A stretch of 64,000 nt of DNA from Leucoraja ocellata (taxonomy: Eukaryota), in the NCBI GenBank assembly GCA_036785375.1, contig JAWMAR010000261.1:930001-994000 (forward strand), given 5' to 3'. The notes under the pieces were generated by a model. That model was not told where the DNA came from. It did no database searches and worked only from the letters and a program-made list of their open reading frames with translations. Shown here piece by piece: positions 11,401-26,400 of this stretch. The position numbers were made by a program, and so were the translations under genes. The stretch's first letter is position 1; each line of letters begins with the position of its first letter.

Positions 11401-14400
11401 GGCCCCGAAACGTTGTCTATTTCCTTCGCTCTATAGATGCTGTTGCACCCACTGAGTTTCTCCAGCATTTTTGTGTACCTTCATTTAAAATAGCGAATAT
11501 ATTTAACAGATTCCTTCCTGTTAACTCTGTCAAAAAAGACTTACAATGTTAAGGATCTACAGTGTTCTCCATAATGTTTGGGACAAAGACACAGCAGTCA
11601 TTTATTTGCCTCTGTACTCTGTACAATTTGAGATTTGTAATTAAAAAATCACATGGGGTTAAAATGCAGAGTCAGATGTTATTAAAGGCCATTTTTATAT
11701 ATTTTGGTTTCATCATGTAGAAATTACAGCTGTGTTTATACATAGTCCCCCCATTTCAGGGCACCATAATGTTTGGGACACATGGCTTCACAGGTGTTTG
11801 TAATTGCTCAGGTGTGTTTAATTGCCTCCTTAATGCAGGTATAACAGAGCTCTCAGCACCTGGTCTTTCCTCTAGACTTTTCATCACCTTTGGAAACTTT
11901 TATTGCTGTTTATCAACATGAGGACCAAAATTGTGCCAATGAAAGTCAAATAAGCCATTATGAGACTGAGAAACAAGAATAAAACTGTTACGCATCAGCC
12001 AAAATTAGGCTTACCAAAATCAACTGTTTGGAATATCATTAAGAAGAAAGAGAACACTGGTGAGCTTACTAATCGCAGGGACTGGCAGGCCAAGGAAGAC
12101 CTCGACAGCTGATGCCAGAAGAATTCTCTCTATAATAACGAAAAATCCCCAAACACCTGTCCGACAGATCAGAAACACTCTTCAGGAGTCGGGTGTGGAT
12201 TTGTCAATGACCACTGTCTGCAGAAGAGTTCATGAACAGTAATACAGAGGCTACACTGCAAGATGCAAACCACTGGTTAGCCGCAAAAATAGGATGGCCA
12301 GGTTACAGTTTGCCAAGAAGTACTTAAAAGAGCAACCACAGTTCTGGAAAAGGGTCTTGTGGACAGATGAGATGAAGATTAACTTATATCAGAGTGATGG
12401 CAAGAGCAAAGTATGGAAGAGAGAAGGAACTGCCCAAGATCCAAAGCATACCACCTCCTCTGTGAAACACTATGGTGGGGATGTTAACGTTGTCCGGCCT
12501 CAAAACATTGTCCGGCGGTTCATTCTACAGCAAGACAATGATCCCAGGTGACTTTTCAGGTCAGGATCCTTCTTCAAACTGATTCAGCTGCGAGTTCAAA
12601 GTCCCATAATAGCAAGCCGTGTAACCGAATTTCACATAATTGGAGCCTGAGCCAGAAAAGTATCTTTAAGGAAACGGGACCAGCAACAATCACAGCTGGT
12701 TGATGGAACCTCCTGGGTGGCAGCAGTAGTGTTGCAGTCTTACAGCGCCAGAGACCCAGGTTCAGTCCTGACTACGGGTGCTGTTTGTACGTTCTCCCTG
12801 TGACCATGTGGGCTTTTTCAGGTTGCTCCAGTTTCCTCCCACATTCCAAAGACGTGCAGGTTTGTAGGTTAATTGGCTTCTGTAAATTGTCCCTAGAAAG
12901 TAGAATAGAACTAGTGTATGAGCTAATTGTTGGGACGGTGCAGACTCGGTGGGCCAAAGGCCACAGTTCCACGCTGTATCTTGAAACTAAACTAAAACTA
13001 AACTGAGTTGAGATTTATTTTGGGGCGATCAGGTGTGATGTGGAGTTTCAGCTCCACACCAGGTGAAGACATGGGCTTCTCCAATCATACGCAAATGGCC
13101 TCTAACTTTATTATGATCCTCCTTGTCCCAAACTATCCCACCTGCAAAGTGCCGGAGGAGCTCGGCAGGTCAGGCAGCATCTGTGGAGGTAATGGGCAGG
13201 CAACGCTTTGGGCCAGGTCCCTTCTTCAGACATGGTGTAGGGGAGAAAGCTGGAAATGAAAGGTGGGAGTGGGGCTGAAACTTGGCAAGTGATAGCTGGA
13301 TACAGGCGAGGAAGGGGGTCACAATTCGCAGATGCGTGGAGATAATGAGAAGGAAGCAAAAGGGTGTCAGGTAGGGGAAGACGAAGATGTGAAATGTGAT
13401 GATGATGGCAAGAATAAGAGTGGAAGGGGATGGAGAAAGGAAAAGAAAATATGGGACTTGGGGATGGAAAGAAGGTTACGGGAGGGGGAGAAAGGAGAAA
13501 TATGGCTGGGGTGGTGGGAGAGATGGGTGGGCATTGGAGTGGGGTGGGGCAGGGGGAAGAGTGAGGGGATGAGGGTGGGGGGGGGGAAGGGTTACTTGAA
13601 ATTGGAGAATTCAATGCTCATACATTGGACTGTAAGTTACCCGTGGAATATGAAGTGCTATTCTTCCACTTTGTGTGTGGCATCACGCTGGCAATGGAGA
13701 AGGCCAAGAACAGAAAGGTCAGTTTAGGATAGAAAAGAGAGCAAAAATAGTTGGCAACCGTGAGATCCAGCAGGCCTTGTTGGCCAGAGGACAAATGTTT
13801 GATGAAATGGTTGTCTAGTCAATACTTGATCTCTCCGATGAAGGAGGCCACATCGGGGGCACTGAATGCAATAGAAGAGGTTGGAGGAGGTGAGTGTGAA
13901 ATTCTGTCTCATCTCAATGGGTTGTTTGTGGTCCCTGGATGGAACTGAGAGATGAGGTCATAGTCATACTGCACGAAACAGGCCCTTTGGCCCAACTTGC
14001 CGATGCCAACCAAGATGCTCCATCTATTCTAGTCATCTATTCTAGGCCCACTTATCTACATTTAGCAATTATCCCTTTAAACCTTTCCCATCCATATACC
14101 TGTCTATGTCTTTGAATGTTAAACAGTACTAGCCTCAACTACTTCCTCGGGCAGTACGCTCCATGTACACACTGTATTAAATAATTGCCCCTCGGGTTCT
14201 TATTAAATCTTTTCCCTTGCACTTTAAACGTTTCCTCTGGTTATTGATTCCCCTACTCTTCACCCTAGGGTCTTCTACACATTGTCTGAGGAAACAATCC
14301 AGAACACATTTGACAAATTCCACCTAGTCTAAGCCCTTGACACTGTAGCAGTCCCAGTCTATATTGGGAAAGTTAAAACCTCTACTGTGACAACCCTATT

Positions 14401-17400
14401 AGTCTTGCAGTTTCCTGGCAGATTTGTTCTTCTAATTCCCATCGACTGTTTGGAGGCCTATAATCCATTCCCAACAAGGTGTTCATCCCTTTTTTTATTC
14501 CTCAGCTTCACCCATATCGTCTCACTGGACGAACCATCAGTAATGTTAATCTCAGACTACTGGCGTGACATTCTCCTTCATCAATAAAGCACCCCGCCTC
14601 TTCTACTCCCACCTCTATCTCACCTATAGCATCTAGACCAAGAGTTCAAGAGAGTTTTATTGTCGTGTCCCTGATAAGACAATTAAATTCTTGCTTTGCT
14701 TTAGCACACCAGAACATAGTAGGCACGAATACTGAACAGATCAGTGTGTCCATATACCATTGCATAAATATATACACACATGAATAATTAAACTGATAAA
14801 GTGCAAATAAACAGATTATTGGCTATTAATGTTCAGAGTTTTGTCCAAGCGAGATTAATAGCCTGATGGCTGTGGGGAAGTAGCTATTTCTGAACCTGGT
14901 CGTTGTCGTCTTCAGGCTCCTGTACCTTCTACCTGAAGGTAGTGGGGAGCTGAGTGTGTGGCCCGGATAGTGTGGGTCCTTGATGATGCTGCCACCCTTT
15001 TTGTTCAGCTGCCGTGGAACATTAAGCCAGTCCCTATCTTAGCTGGAATTCTGCAATGGCTACAATGTCCCTGTGGCACATACCCTACATACCCCAATTC
15101 AAAATAAATGCTATTCAGTCCAACAGACCTTCCTTGCTCCCTGCTGTGTTCCTACCTATCCGGTTCAGTGGACTTTCTTTCATCACCTTCCATACCGACT
15201 TCCATCCTTAACACCCGCCTCAGTCCGGCATTGGATCCCACATCCCTGCCAATGCCCCTTATGATTTTATAAACCTCCATATGGGGTCAAATAAAACCTC
15301 CAAACCTGTCCTATCCATGCATCTGTCTAACTGTTCCTTAAACGTTGCGATAGTCCCAGCCTCAACTACCTCCTCCGCCAGCACGTTCCATACACCCACC
15401 ACCCTCTGTGTGAAAAAGTTACCCTTCAGAATCCTATTAAATCTTTTTCTCTTCAGCTTAAACCTATGATTCTCGATTCCCCTGTTCTGGGCAAGAGTCT
15501 CTGTGCGTCTACCCGATCTATTCCTCTCATGATTTTATACACCTCCATAAGATCACTCCTAGGAATGGAGTCCCAGCATGCTCAACCTCTCCCCATAGCT
15601 CAGGCCCTCGAGTCCTGGCAACATCCTCGTAAATCTTCTCTGTGTCCTTTCCAGTTTAACAACATGCTTCCTACAACAGGGCGCTCAAAACTGAGCACAA
15701 TACTCTAAGATTTCACTGGAGACATGGGTGAAAGTTCCATCCACATCAGGCGGGGGTGGGACAAGATGATGATACGACCACAGCGACATCTCAGATGACC
15801 TCGAGTGGAAAGCCTAATTTTTGCTGCCTGACCCGCTGAGTTCCTCCAGCACTTTGTGTTTTGCACATAATTTCAGCATCTGCATTTTCTTGTAAATGCC
15901 GCCTTTCTTGAATCTTTTAATTTTTTCCAAACACCTCTATAAGATCAGCCCTTAAACTGCTAGAGGGAAAGACAATCCTAATCTGCTCTTTTAACAAAAC
16001 CATTTCAACTCTGTTATCATTCAAGCATGCACAATGCTCAGAAATAAATCCTGTCTCCAGCATTAAGTATAAATGTAGTATAGCCTCAACCCATTATCAT
16101 TTCTCTCACTTCAAGATGAAAGGCATTTGTCGTTTCAAATTATTTTTCATGAGCTATGTATACCCGTTTCATGATTCACACCTTCTCACTGCTCATAATG
16201 CCAATGATTTTTTTTGTCCCAAGTGGATGACACCAAATTTGCAAACTGAATTCAATCTGCCAGAGTTTTACCATTATTCTGTGGCAATGGCACAATCCTG
16301 CTAGGACAAGTTTGGAGGCATATGGACCAAGCGCAGGCAGGTGGGACTAGTGTAGCTGGGACATGTTGGCCAGTGTGGGCAAGTTGGGCCGAAGGGCCTG
16401 TTTCCACACTGTATCACTCTATGACGAGTAGCAATTTACAGAGGCCAATTAACGTACAAACCCGCATGTCTTTGGGATGTGGGAGGAAACCCACGTGGTC
16501 ACAGGGAGAACGTGCCAACTCCACACGGGAAAGACCCGAGCCCCTGGTGCTGTGAGGCAGCTGCTCTAGCGACTGTCCTGCCCACAAGGTTTGCATCCCA
16601 GTGCAGATCCTTGGTCAACTCTACAGGTCAGACAGTGCCATTTGAAATATATATCCATATGTGGCATCACCTCTAGTTCATAAATAATTCCCTGCCCATG
16701 CTAATGAAACTGCCTCAAAATCCATGCAGACGTACTTCTTATGTGCATTCTGTGGAAATGTATTGATTGTGTTCAGAAGTACACACAAGTGGCATGCACA
16801 GGTACAACTATGTGCCAGATTAGTGGCCTCCTCTAAAATAACAAGATGACTTCAGACATCCACTTCAACGGAACAATTCCTAAACCAAGTGATTGTTGGG
16901 AGGTGGCGATTATAGGATCTACATTTTTTTCTATTATCATTTGACTACAGTAGTCCCATTTAAAAAAATATCCTTTAATATTAAATCGAAAAATTCTCTC
17001 CTTTTTGTTTATTCATATCTATTTCTTTATTCTCTTCCTGTACCAAGAGGTTTAGTTTAGTTTAATTTAGAGATACAGCGTGGAAACAGACGCTTCGGAC
17101 CACCGAGTCCATGCCACCCGGTGGTCACCCTGTGCACTAGCACTATCGTACACACTAGGGACAATTTAACAACTTACAGAAGCCAATTAACCTACAAACC
17201 TGTGCGTCACGGGAGGAAACCAGAGCATCCGGAGAAAACCCACGTGTTCACGGGGAGAACATACAAAATCCGTACAGACAGCACCCGTAGTCAGGATCGA
17301 ACCCGGGTCTCTGGTGCTGTAAGGCAGAAACTCTACCGCTGCGCCACCATGCCTGAAGACTATAGTGGTCTCATTATTTTTTTCCCAATTTCCTTTAATA

Positions 17401-20400
17401 TCTAATGTTTTCCTCTCCATTTTTGTTCTATTCATATTGATTCCTTTATTCTCTTCCTGTACTGAGAGATTGGATGCAATTATTTGTAATGTGTCACTTA
17501 CGTTTTATCAATTACGTCTCCAGGGGCCTAAATCACCGCTCACCACTTCCATTCTTCTAAAAACTTTAGAAATGTCTCTTATAACTCACACAAGATTTTT
17601 AAATGATATATTTTAAATTCCTATTGCCACATTAATTCCCCTCTCTAGTTGATGCTGTCTCCCAGCTTTGATTTCCACTACTCTTTGCATTTATAATCCC
17701 AGATACACCATCATACATTTCGAAGACAAACTTTTTCATTTCTTGTACCACCCGATGGTACAGCATTGCAGTGCTGACGTGGGGACTATTAGTTCATGGC
17801 ATAGCACCAGAACTCACACATGCATTACAGGATTTTATAGGGAGCATATATACATGTTTTGTAACTGTGAGGTACAAAACTGCAAAGTATGCATGCATTA
17901 CCAATCAGAGCAGCATTTTAAATGCCACCTTAATCTATCATATCACATTTCACAGCCGGCACAACGACATTGCTTAACGGCACAGCATATCACAGCACAC
18001 ACATGCTCTACAATTCTATGATACAGCATTTCAGAACACACATGAATCAACCGTTTGAAGATTAGCTCCCTGCCAACCTTGCTGGAGACTTGTTTGTAGG
18101 TGGTTTACGATTGCTGTGAGTATGGTCGATAAATTCATCACTTGGGAACACTGGGCAAGACCAAGTGTAAAGAGTTCATTCCAACAAGCGCGTACCAAAG
18201 CTGTATTATTGTCCGGCCTGTGGGAAAAGATAAGCATGTTTTAATTCTTAGTCCTCATTAAAATTGTGATACTGAAAGAACATTATATCATAAATAAACT
18301 TCGGTGTGAATCGCAATGAATCGGTGTTTACGAAGGAACCGCAGATGCTGGTTTAAATCGAAGACAGACACAAAATGCTGGAGTAACTCAGCGGGACAGG
18401 CAGCATCTCTGGACAGAAGGAATAGGTGACAATTCGGGTCTAGACCCTTCTTCAAACTGACGTCAGGGGAGTGGGTGGTGCATAGATAAGGAAGTGTGTA
18501 GATAAGGACGTGTAAAGTGTGAAAACAGGACAAAGGGAATAGAGATCAAGGAAAATGTAGAATAGATCATTGTTAGTTGGGAGAAGGTAACAACAAAGCA
18601 AACAGAGATAAAATGTAGTCGGAGACCGTAAGACTGGTCGGAGAACTCGGAAGGGGTAGGGGATGGAGCGAGAGTGAAAGCAAGGGTTACTTTAAGAGAG
18701 AGAAGTCAGTGTTCATACCGCTGGGGTGTAAACTGCCCAAGCGAAATACGAGGTGCTGTTTCTCCAATTTGCGCTGGGCCTCACTCTGACAATGGAGGAG
18801 GCCCAGGACAGAAAGGTCAGTGTGGGAATGGGAGGGGGGAGTTGAAGTGTTTAGCAACCGGGAGATCAGGTAGGTTTAGGCAGACTGAGTGGAGGTGTTC
18901 AGCGAAATGATCTGTGCTTGATCTCGCCGATGTACAGAGGGAGTTCCTGTCTGACCAATTTGCATTTTTCAAAGGAGATACCAATAAATACACATGAGAG
19001 CAATGTAACTGAGAGAGTATACATGTACTTCTGTGAGTTCTTTAATAAGTTCCCACATGCAAAACTGGTCCAGAGGGTTAGAAACATTGGGATCCAAGCT
19101 AAGTTGCCAAATTGGATCCAAAATTGGCTAGGAAATAGGGGGCAAGTTGCTTTTGTGACAGGAAGCAAATTTGAGTAGTGCAGGGACCTTTACTGTTTGT
19201 TATAATCATAAAATCAGTATGATTTGGATGATATGAAAAATGGTTGTGTTGTTGGTAGTGAGGAGGGTAGTCTTAGGCTAGACAGTCATAGTGATACATC
19301 GTGGAAACAGGCCTTTTGGTCCAACTTGCCCACACCGGCCAACATGTTCCGGCTACACTGGTCCCCCCTGTCAGCATTTGGTCCATATCCCTCCAAACCT
19401 GTCCTATCCATGTACCTGTCTAACTGCTTCTTAAGTATTGGGATAGTCCCTGCCTCGACTACCTCTTGTGGCAGCTTGTTCCATGCACCCACCACCCTTT
19501 GTGTGAAAAAGTTACCCCTCAGATTCCTATTAAATCTTTTCTCCTTCACCTTGAACATATGTCCTCTGGTCACACTATAATTAATTAATTTCTAAGACAG
19601 GCAGAACAATGGTAGATCAAATGTAATCTTGGCAAGTATAGTTTGGGAGGAGTAACAAGGCTCGGACATATACATTGATCAATTGGGCATTAGAGAGCAC
19701 ACGTCGTTCCTGGGTAACAAATTGGCTGTGTTTTTATGTTGATTTTGCCATGTTGGGAAATCAACAAAATTCACGATATAGTAAGCATACCACCTAAGTA
19801 TGGTAATGAAAGGCAGCAAAAATAACACGACTCATAACAATCAACAATGAGAGAGAGAGAGCGAGAGAGAGAGCGAGAGCGAGTGATCGAGAGAGAGAGG
19901 AATGTAGTTCTACAGGACGAAACGGATGTACGTACCAGAGTTCTTTAACATAATAACATTATAGGAACTCAAGTGTATGTACGGATGTCTATGAATTGGG
20001 CATTTGTAACCAGGGACTGTCTGGTGTACCAAAAACAACCTGGTACTCAACCCATCAAAGACAAAAGAACTGGTCGTTGACTTCAGGAGGAAGAGGAGAG
20101 AGGAACCTGCTCCCTTATACATCAAAGGAGACATGGTGGAGAGAGTCACTGGCTTTAAGTTCCTGGGAATAAACATCTCCCAGGACCTCAAATGGCAAAT
20201 GAACACCGTCACTCTCGTGAAGAAGTCACATCAGCGGCTGTATTTCCGTAGGTCTCTGCGGAGAGCAAACGTCTCACAGCCGCTGCTGCTGTCCTTCTAC
20301 CGATGCGCCGTGGAAAGTTTCCTCTCCTATGGAATCCTGGTGTGGTTTGCTAGCTGCACTGTGGCTGAGAGGAGGGCGCTGCAGGGAATTATAAAAACTG

Positions 20401-23400
20401 CACAGAGCATTACAAACGCCCAACTGCCCTCCTTGGATGATGTATATATAGGGCCCGATGCTTGAGCCGGGCCACAAATATCAAGCAGGACAACTCCCAC
20501 CCTGCCAACCACCTTTTCACTCTGCTACCCTCTGGGAGGCGATTCAGGTCTCTGAAGGCTCATTAAAAAATAGTTTCTACCCATGTGCGATAAAAGAACT
20601 TAATTCCAACAGAGAACACTGGGGAAGCAAAATGTAATTCCAAGAAATGCCGCCAAATTCTTTTTAAATACTTATTTATTATTTTACTAATAAGTGTACG
20701 TATGTGTCAATGGTTGTCGTGTTTGTATTTTTTTAACCGGAGGAGATGTAATAGAATTTTGTTGCACAGTATTGTCGAATGACAATAAACGTATTCATCA
20801 TCATTGTATTGAGAACAGAAGGACCTTGGTGAAGATGGCATTACAAGTAGATAAGGGAGTGAAGGAGGCATATGGTATTACTTGTGTTCATTAGCCAGGC
20901 AGCAGAATATGGTATGGTGCAACAGAGGTTAAGGTACAACTTTTAAGACAATGGTTTTATAATGAGACTTGAGAGAGGCATAAATAGGGTAGGTAAGTGC
21001 CATAAATAGGGTAGATCGTACAAACCTTTCCTCCATACTACAGGTGGCTAAAACTAGAAAAGACAGATTTAATGCATGGGGTGGTACGTTTAGAAGGTTT
21101 AAAATGAATCCATTTTTCACCCAGAAGTTAGTTGGAAACTGGACCCACTTGCTCAGTGGGCAGTGAAGGCAGAGACACATGTAACATTTAAGTATCTGGA
21201 GAAGCACTTGAATTGTCATGGAACAGAAGGCCATGGACGGTGATAAATGGGATTAGTATAGATAGATACCTATGGTCGGCATGGAAGTGTTGGGCCAAAG
21301 GAACTGCATCTGAACTGTATGATTTTATGACTATGTAATATTCTGAAGACCCCTTCCACCCCATGCAACGGACTGTTCCAGCTGCCACGGTCAGGCAAAC
21401 GCCTCCGTTGCCATGCTGTGAGAACGGAGAGGATGAGAAGGAGTTTCTTCCCAGAGGCCATTAGGACTGTAAACTCCTATTTCACCAGGGACTAACTTTA
21501 CTGTACCACTCTACTGCTGTGTGGTGTCTTTTTAAAATTGCTGTTTTTTTCTTTTTTTTCCTCCCACAAATATGTAATATGTGATTCTGTTCCATTCTGT
21601 TTTGTAGTTTTTTTGCACAATCCGCAAACATTGCCACTTTTCATTTCACTGCACATCTCGTATGTGTATGTGACGAATAAACCTGACCTGACAAGTACAG
21701 CCCATGACTGTGCAACGGGTATATATAAACTTATATATATTCTGACATGTATATAGAAATTTGAGTAAAGATGGACCTCAAGCTGCTAAATACCAATTCA
21801 TGACACCGTACAATATTGGTCGCCCTAATGAATTCTCTTAGAAAAGGCACCTGCAAACCGCTGATCTGTTTGAACTTATAAAAGTATTTCGTTAATTTTC
21901 CATCAAGGATCCAAACTTCATTAAAAATGCAAGAATACAGTTACACTGTAAAATACTAATTTGGATCCTGAAATTTATAAGCAAATTCCAGCGAATAGTC
22001 AGAATGGTATCATGTGTGGTGGCCTTACAGAGACATGGCGGATCTGCAGAGAGAAGAACAAAACTGTGCACTGTAGCTCACGGTATGGAAACGCTGTACA
22101 TACAAGAGTGGCACAGTGGCGCAGCTGTAGAGCTACGGCCTTACAGCGCCAGAGCCCCGGGTTTGAATCCGACTACGGGTGCGTGTGGTACCTGGTTTGT
22201 ACGTTCTCCCCGTGACCTGCGTGGGTTCTCTCAGAGATCTTCAATTTCCTCCCACACTCCAAAGACATACAGGTTTGTAGGTTAATTAGCTTGGTATAAA
22301 TGCAAAATTAGCCGTAGTGTGCATTGGGTAGTGTCAATACGTGGGGGGTCGCTGGTCGGTGCGGACATCTCCGATGACCTCTCTTGGACCCACAATACCT
22401 TAACTCTGGTCAAGAAGGCTCACCAACATCTCTTCTTCCTGAGGAGACTGAAGAAGGTCCATCTGTCTCCTCAGATCCTGGTGAACTTCTACCGCTGCAC
22501 CATCGAGAGCATCCTTACCAACTGTATCACAGTATGGTACGGCAACTGCTCCGTCTCTGACCGGAAAGCACTGCAGAGGGTGGTGAAAATTGCCCAACGC
22601 ATCACCGGTTCCTTGCTCCCCTCCATTGAGTCTGTCCAAGGCAAGCGTTGTCTGCGGAGGGCGCTCAGCAATGCCAAGGACTGCTCTCACCCCAGCCATG
22701 GACTGTTTACCCTCCTACCATCCGGGAGGCGCTACAGGTCTCTCCATTGTCGGACCAGCAGGTCCAGGAACAGCTTCATCCCTGCGGCTGTCGCACTACT
22801 CAACAATGTACCTTGGTGGCTGCCAATCACCCCCCCCCCCCCCCCCGGACACTCCTCCCACAGGAAAAAGAAGTCTATGACTGTATGCATGTAAATAGAT
22901 TTATTTATTGAAATCATATTCTATGTCGCTCTTCCAGGGAGATGCTAATTACATTTCGTTGTCTCTGTACTGTACACTGACAACGACAATTACAGTTGAA
23001 TCTGAATCTGAATCGGGTGGGCCGAAGGGCCTGTATCTCTAAACTAGAAACTAAACTAGATACGTGCACGTCACCATAGCATTAAATGACAAATTGAAAC
23101 ACATGATTGTTAAAACTTGATCACTAACCCAAGAGCCTGGAAGGCTGGAATAGATCTTGCCCAATGCATGGAAAGGAACAATAATCTTGATGCAGACTCG
23201 CAGATATAGTGCACATTCAGGTACTCTGGCATTGGTGACGGCATTGTTAGCTGCGGAGAGCAAAGAAGAACTTACTTGAACATCAAGTTATCCCATGACT
23301 GCAAAGTTTCATTTTGTAGTAGAGGAATGCAGTTTGCAGCTGGCAACAATATTCATAAAAGCAAATCACATTCTTGACAAGAATCAAACTGATTTCTCAC

Positions 23401-26400
23401 TTAGTTGGCTCGAAGGGCCGAATGGCCTACTCCTGCACCTATTGTCTATTGTCCCCATAACCCCTGACCCGTACTGATCAAGAATCTATCTATCTCTGTC
23501 TTGGTTTGTTGTTACGTTAATCAGCCAGCAGAGTTACAGCAGTAAGAATGTAATTGTTCTGTTCCAGTGCACATGACACTTAAACATTCTTGACTCTCGA
23601 GTCTCTTTATTAAATTGTTTAAGGTGGCAAAATATAAAAGCTGAACGCTATTTTGGCTGAAGTTACATCAGCCCTGTTCCGCCATTGGAAAAGTGAATGG
23701 GTAGGACTCTGCTTCCTGCAGATACCAAGCACTTGGTAAATGGAAGGGAAAAATACATTTAAGCTCGGAATGATCTGTGTAAATCTAAATCAGTGATACA
23801 TCTCTCAATCAGTTGGCATATGTGGGAGTTGCACTCCAGCTGCTTCTGGAGGTCCAAAGACCCAAACTGACACAACAGTAGGAGAATCTTAGGGGGAGGA
23901 TGTATTCAAGAGAGAGTTAGATATAGCTCTCAGGGCTAACAGAATCAAGGGATATGGGGGGAAAGCAGGAACAGGGTACTGATTCTGGATGGTAGACAAA
24001 AGTGCTGGAGAAACTCAGCGGGTGCAGCAGCATCTATGGAGCGAAGGAAATAGGCAACGCCCGAAACATTGCCTATTTCCTTCACTACATAGATGCTGCT
24101 GCACCCGCTGAGTTTCTCCAGCATTTTTGTCTACCTTCGATTTTCCAGCATCTGCAGTTCATTCTTAAATACTGATTCTGGATGATCAGCCATGATCATA
24201 TTGAATGGCGGTGCTAGCTTGAAGGGCCAAATGGCCAACTCCTGCACCTACTTTTTATGTTTCTATGTTTTTAATTCCTGCAGAAACCTGATCTGTGAAA
24301 GGCCTGGATAGAATGAATGTGGAGAGGATGTTTCCACAAGTGGGAGGGTCCAGGACCGGACGTCAAAGCCTCAGAATAAACGGAACGTTCCTTTCGGAAG
24401 GAGATGAGCAGGAATTTCTTCAGTCAGAGGGTGGTGAATCTGTGGAATTCATTGCTGCAGACGGCTGTGGAAGCCAAGTCAATAGATATTTTTAAAACAG
24501 AGATTGGCAGGTTCTTGATTAGTACGGGTGTCTGGGTTATGGGGAGAAGGCAGGAAAATGGGGTTATGAACTTATCAATTCCTCAACCAGTACCACTTGA
24601 GAGCAGACTTCTAATCAATGGATTGAAACATTTAGATGTATAATTTGGCACTAAATCGATATGCAGTACAAAAATACTTAGTTGCCTATAATTCATTATG
24701 TCATGTCTTGAGATTATAAATAAAGCTGTATAAAGATACAGTTCTTTTTTTCAAAGGTTGATAAAAGAGAAACATTGGTAAGCTTGCAATTTTCTTAACA
24801 TTTGACTAAAGACTTGCCTCGAATCTGCCATGGACTGACTGTGATCTATTTCTGAGTAGAAGTCGAGTGGGCCTGTACCTTGGTCCTTCATCACCCATGC
24901 GGAGAGCAGGGATGACACATGGGAACCTAGCACAGGTCTGCGTATAATGACCTTCATGCACTTGGAAAGTTCAAAATACAACGTGGGAACCAAAATGGTA
25001 AAACCTAAGTTGGGATATGTACCATTCTGTGATCAGCCATTCATTTTTGACAATTGCTTCCAAAACAGGGTGTGGGCAGACGGCATGGGAAGGAGGCAGG
25101 GGGTAATCAAACAAATTGATCAAAATGTCCTTACCTCTTAAGTCACGGGACACTCATCCCTTCTCATTCTCTATTTCACTCTCTTGCAGTCTCCAACTCT
25201 CTCTCTCCTCCCTCCCCCTTCTGCACCCACTCCTTCTTGATTGCCCTCCCCACATCCCCAGACTCACTCTATCGAGCCACATCACTCACAATTCCCCGAC
25301 ATACCTCCCCCCGCTTGCCCTTCAAAGGTATTGGCATTCCATTACATAGACATAGAAATTAGGTGCAGGAGTAGGCCATTCGGCCCTTCGAGCCTGCACC
25401 GCCATTCAATATGATCATGGCTGATCATCCAACTCAGTATCCCGTACCTGCCTTCTCTCCATACCCTCTGATCCCCTTAGCCACAAGGGCCACATCTAAC
25501 TAAACATTATTGTTGATTAAAGCAGTGATCAAGAGATACATTTTCTTTTTAAATTTCCCATCTACCCCAATTATAATGCTGTCGTTAACCATGTTAATAA
25601 TGAACGCAATAAATGATGCAACTTTCTATTAATAAAATCTGTGCTTGCCATTATTTGAGTTCCTGCCATCTTAGCAAATTATGCATGCAGTCATGTGCCC
25701 TTCATGTTATCTGGCTTTTCTTCTGCGGCTTCCTACACCTCAACCACTCCAGGCACGAGAATTCCAGGTTAATTAATACAAATAAATGTCCACAGTTGAA
25801 CACAGAACTACCAACAAAAACAGGCGTGGAATTTTAGAATTCTGAAATAGCTTATGAGAGGGGAAGGACAGTGGGGCATATCTCCGTTTTTTTTCCTTCT
25901 TTCTATTTTTTCTTCTCGCACTTCTTTGGTAGTTCAGGGGTCTTTTTTTCTCTCTCTCTTTTACATCTTTCTTCTTTTTCTTCATTCTTTCCCTTTTTCT
26001 CTTTTTCTCGATTTATGTATCAATTTACACTTCTCGATTTATGTATCAATTTACACTTCTCGATTTATGTATCAATTTATAAAATGTTAAAAATGAAGCT
26101 GTACGAAAATTGTATAACTCTCATGCCGATTGCTTTATTCTTGTAAAATTGCTTCTAACAAAATAAACATTAAAAAAAAGACAAGAGAACATCAGGGAGC
26201 CTTATGTACAATATCAAGAGGTTTGTAAATGCCTGATGAAAACAGAAGAAATGTTTGAATCAGAAATATTGAAAAGGTGGTCTAGAATTTAGCCTTATTG
26301 CATCCTTCATAAGAAATTGTTAAAAAATAAGACATTTTTTAAAAAAGGTATGTTAAAATCCCGTCATTTTAATGAACACAAGCAATGGACATAAGTGTAC

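Noticed and set aside
11918-12551. Functional Tc1 transposase
   Set aside because: Premature stops, frameshifts, an internal deletion in the DDE domain and no right TIR.
13111-13727. 167-aa and 131-aa ORFs
   Set aside because: Low-complexity purine/pyrimidine-biased 3' UTR of a Penelope remnant.
26005-26079. 26-bp repeats as a CRISPR-like array
   Set aside because: Head-to-tail copies without spacers in vertebrate intronic DNA; a simple tandem duplication.
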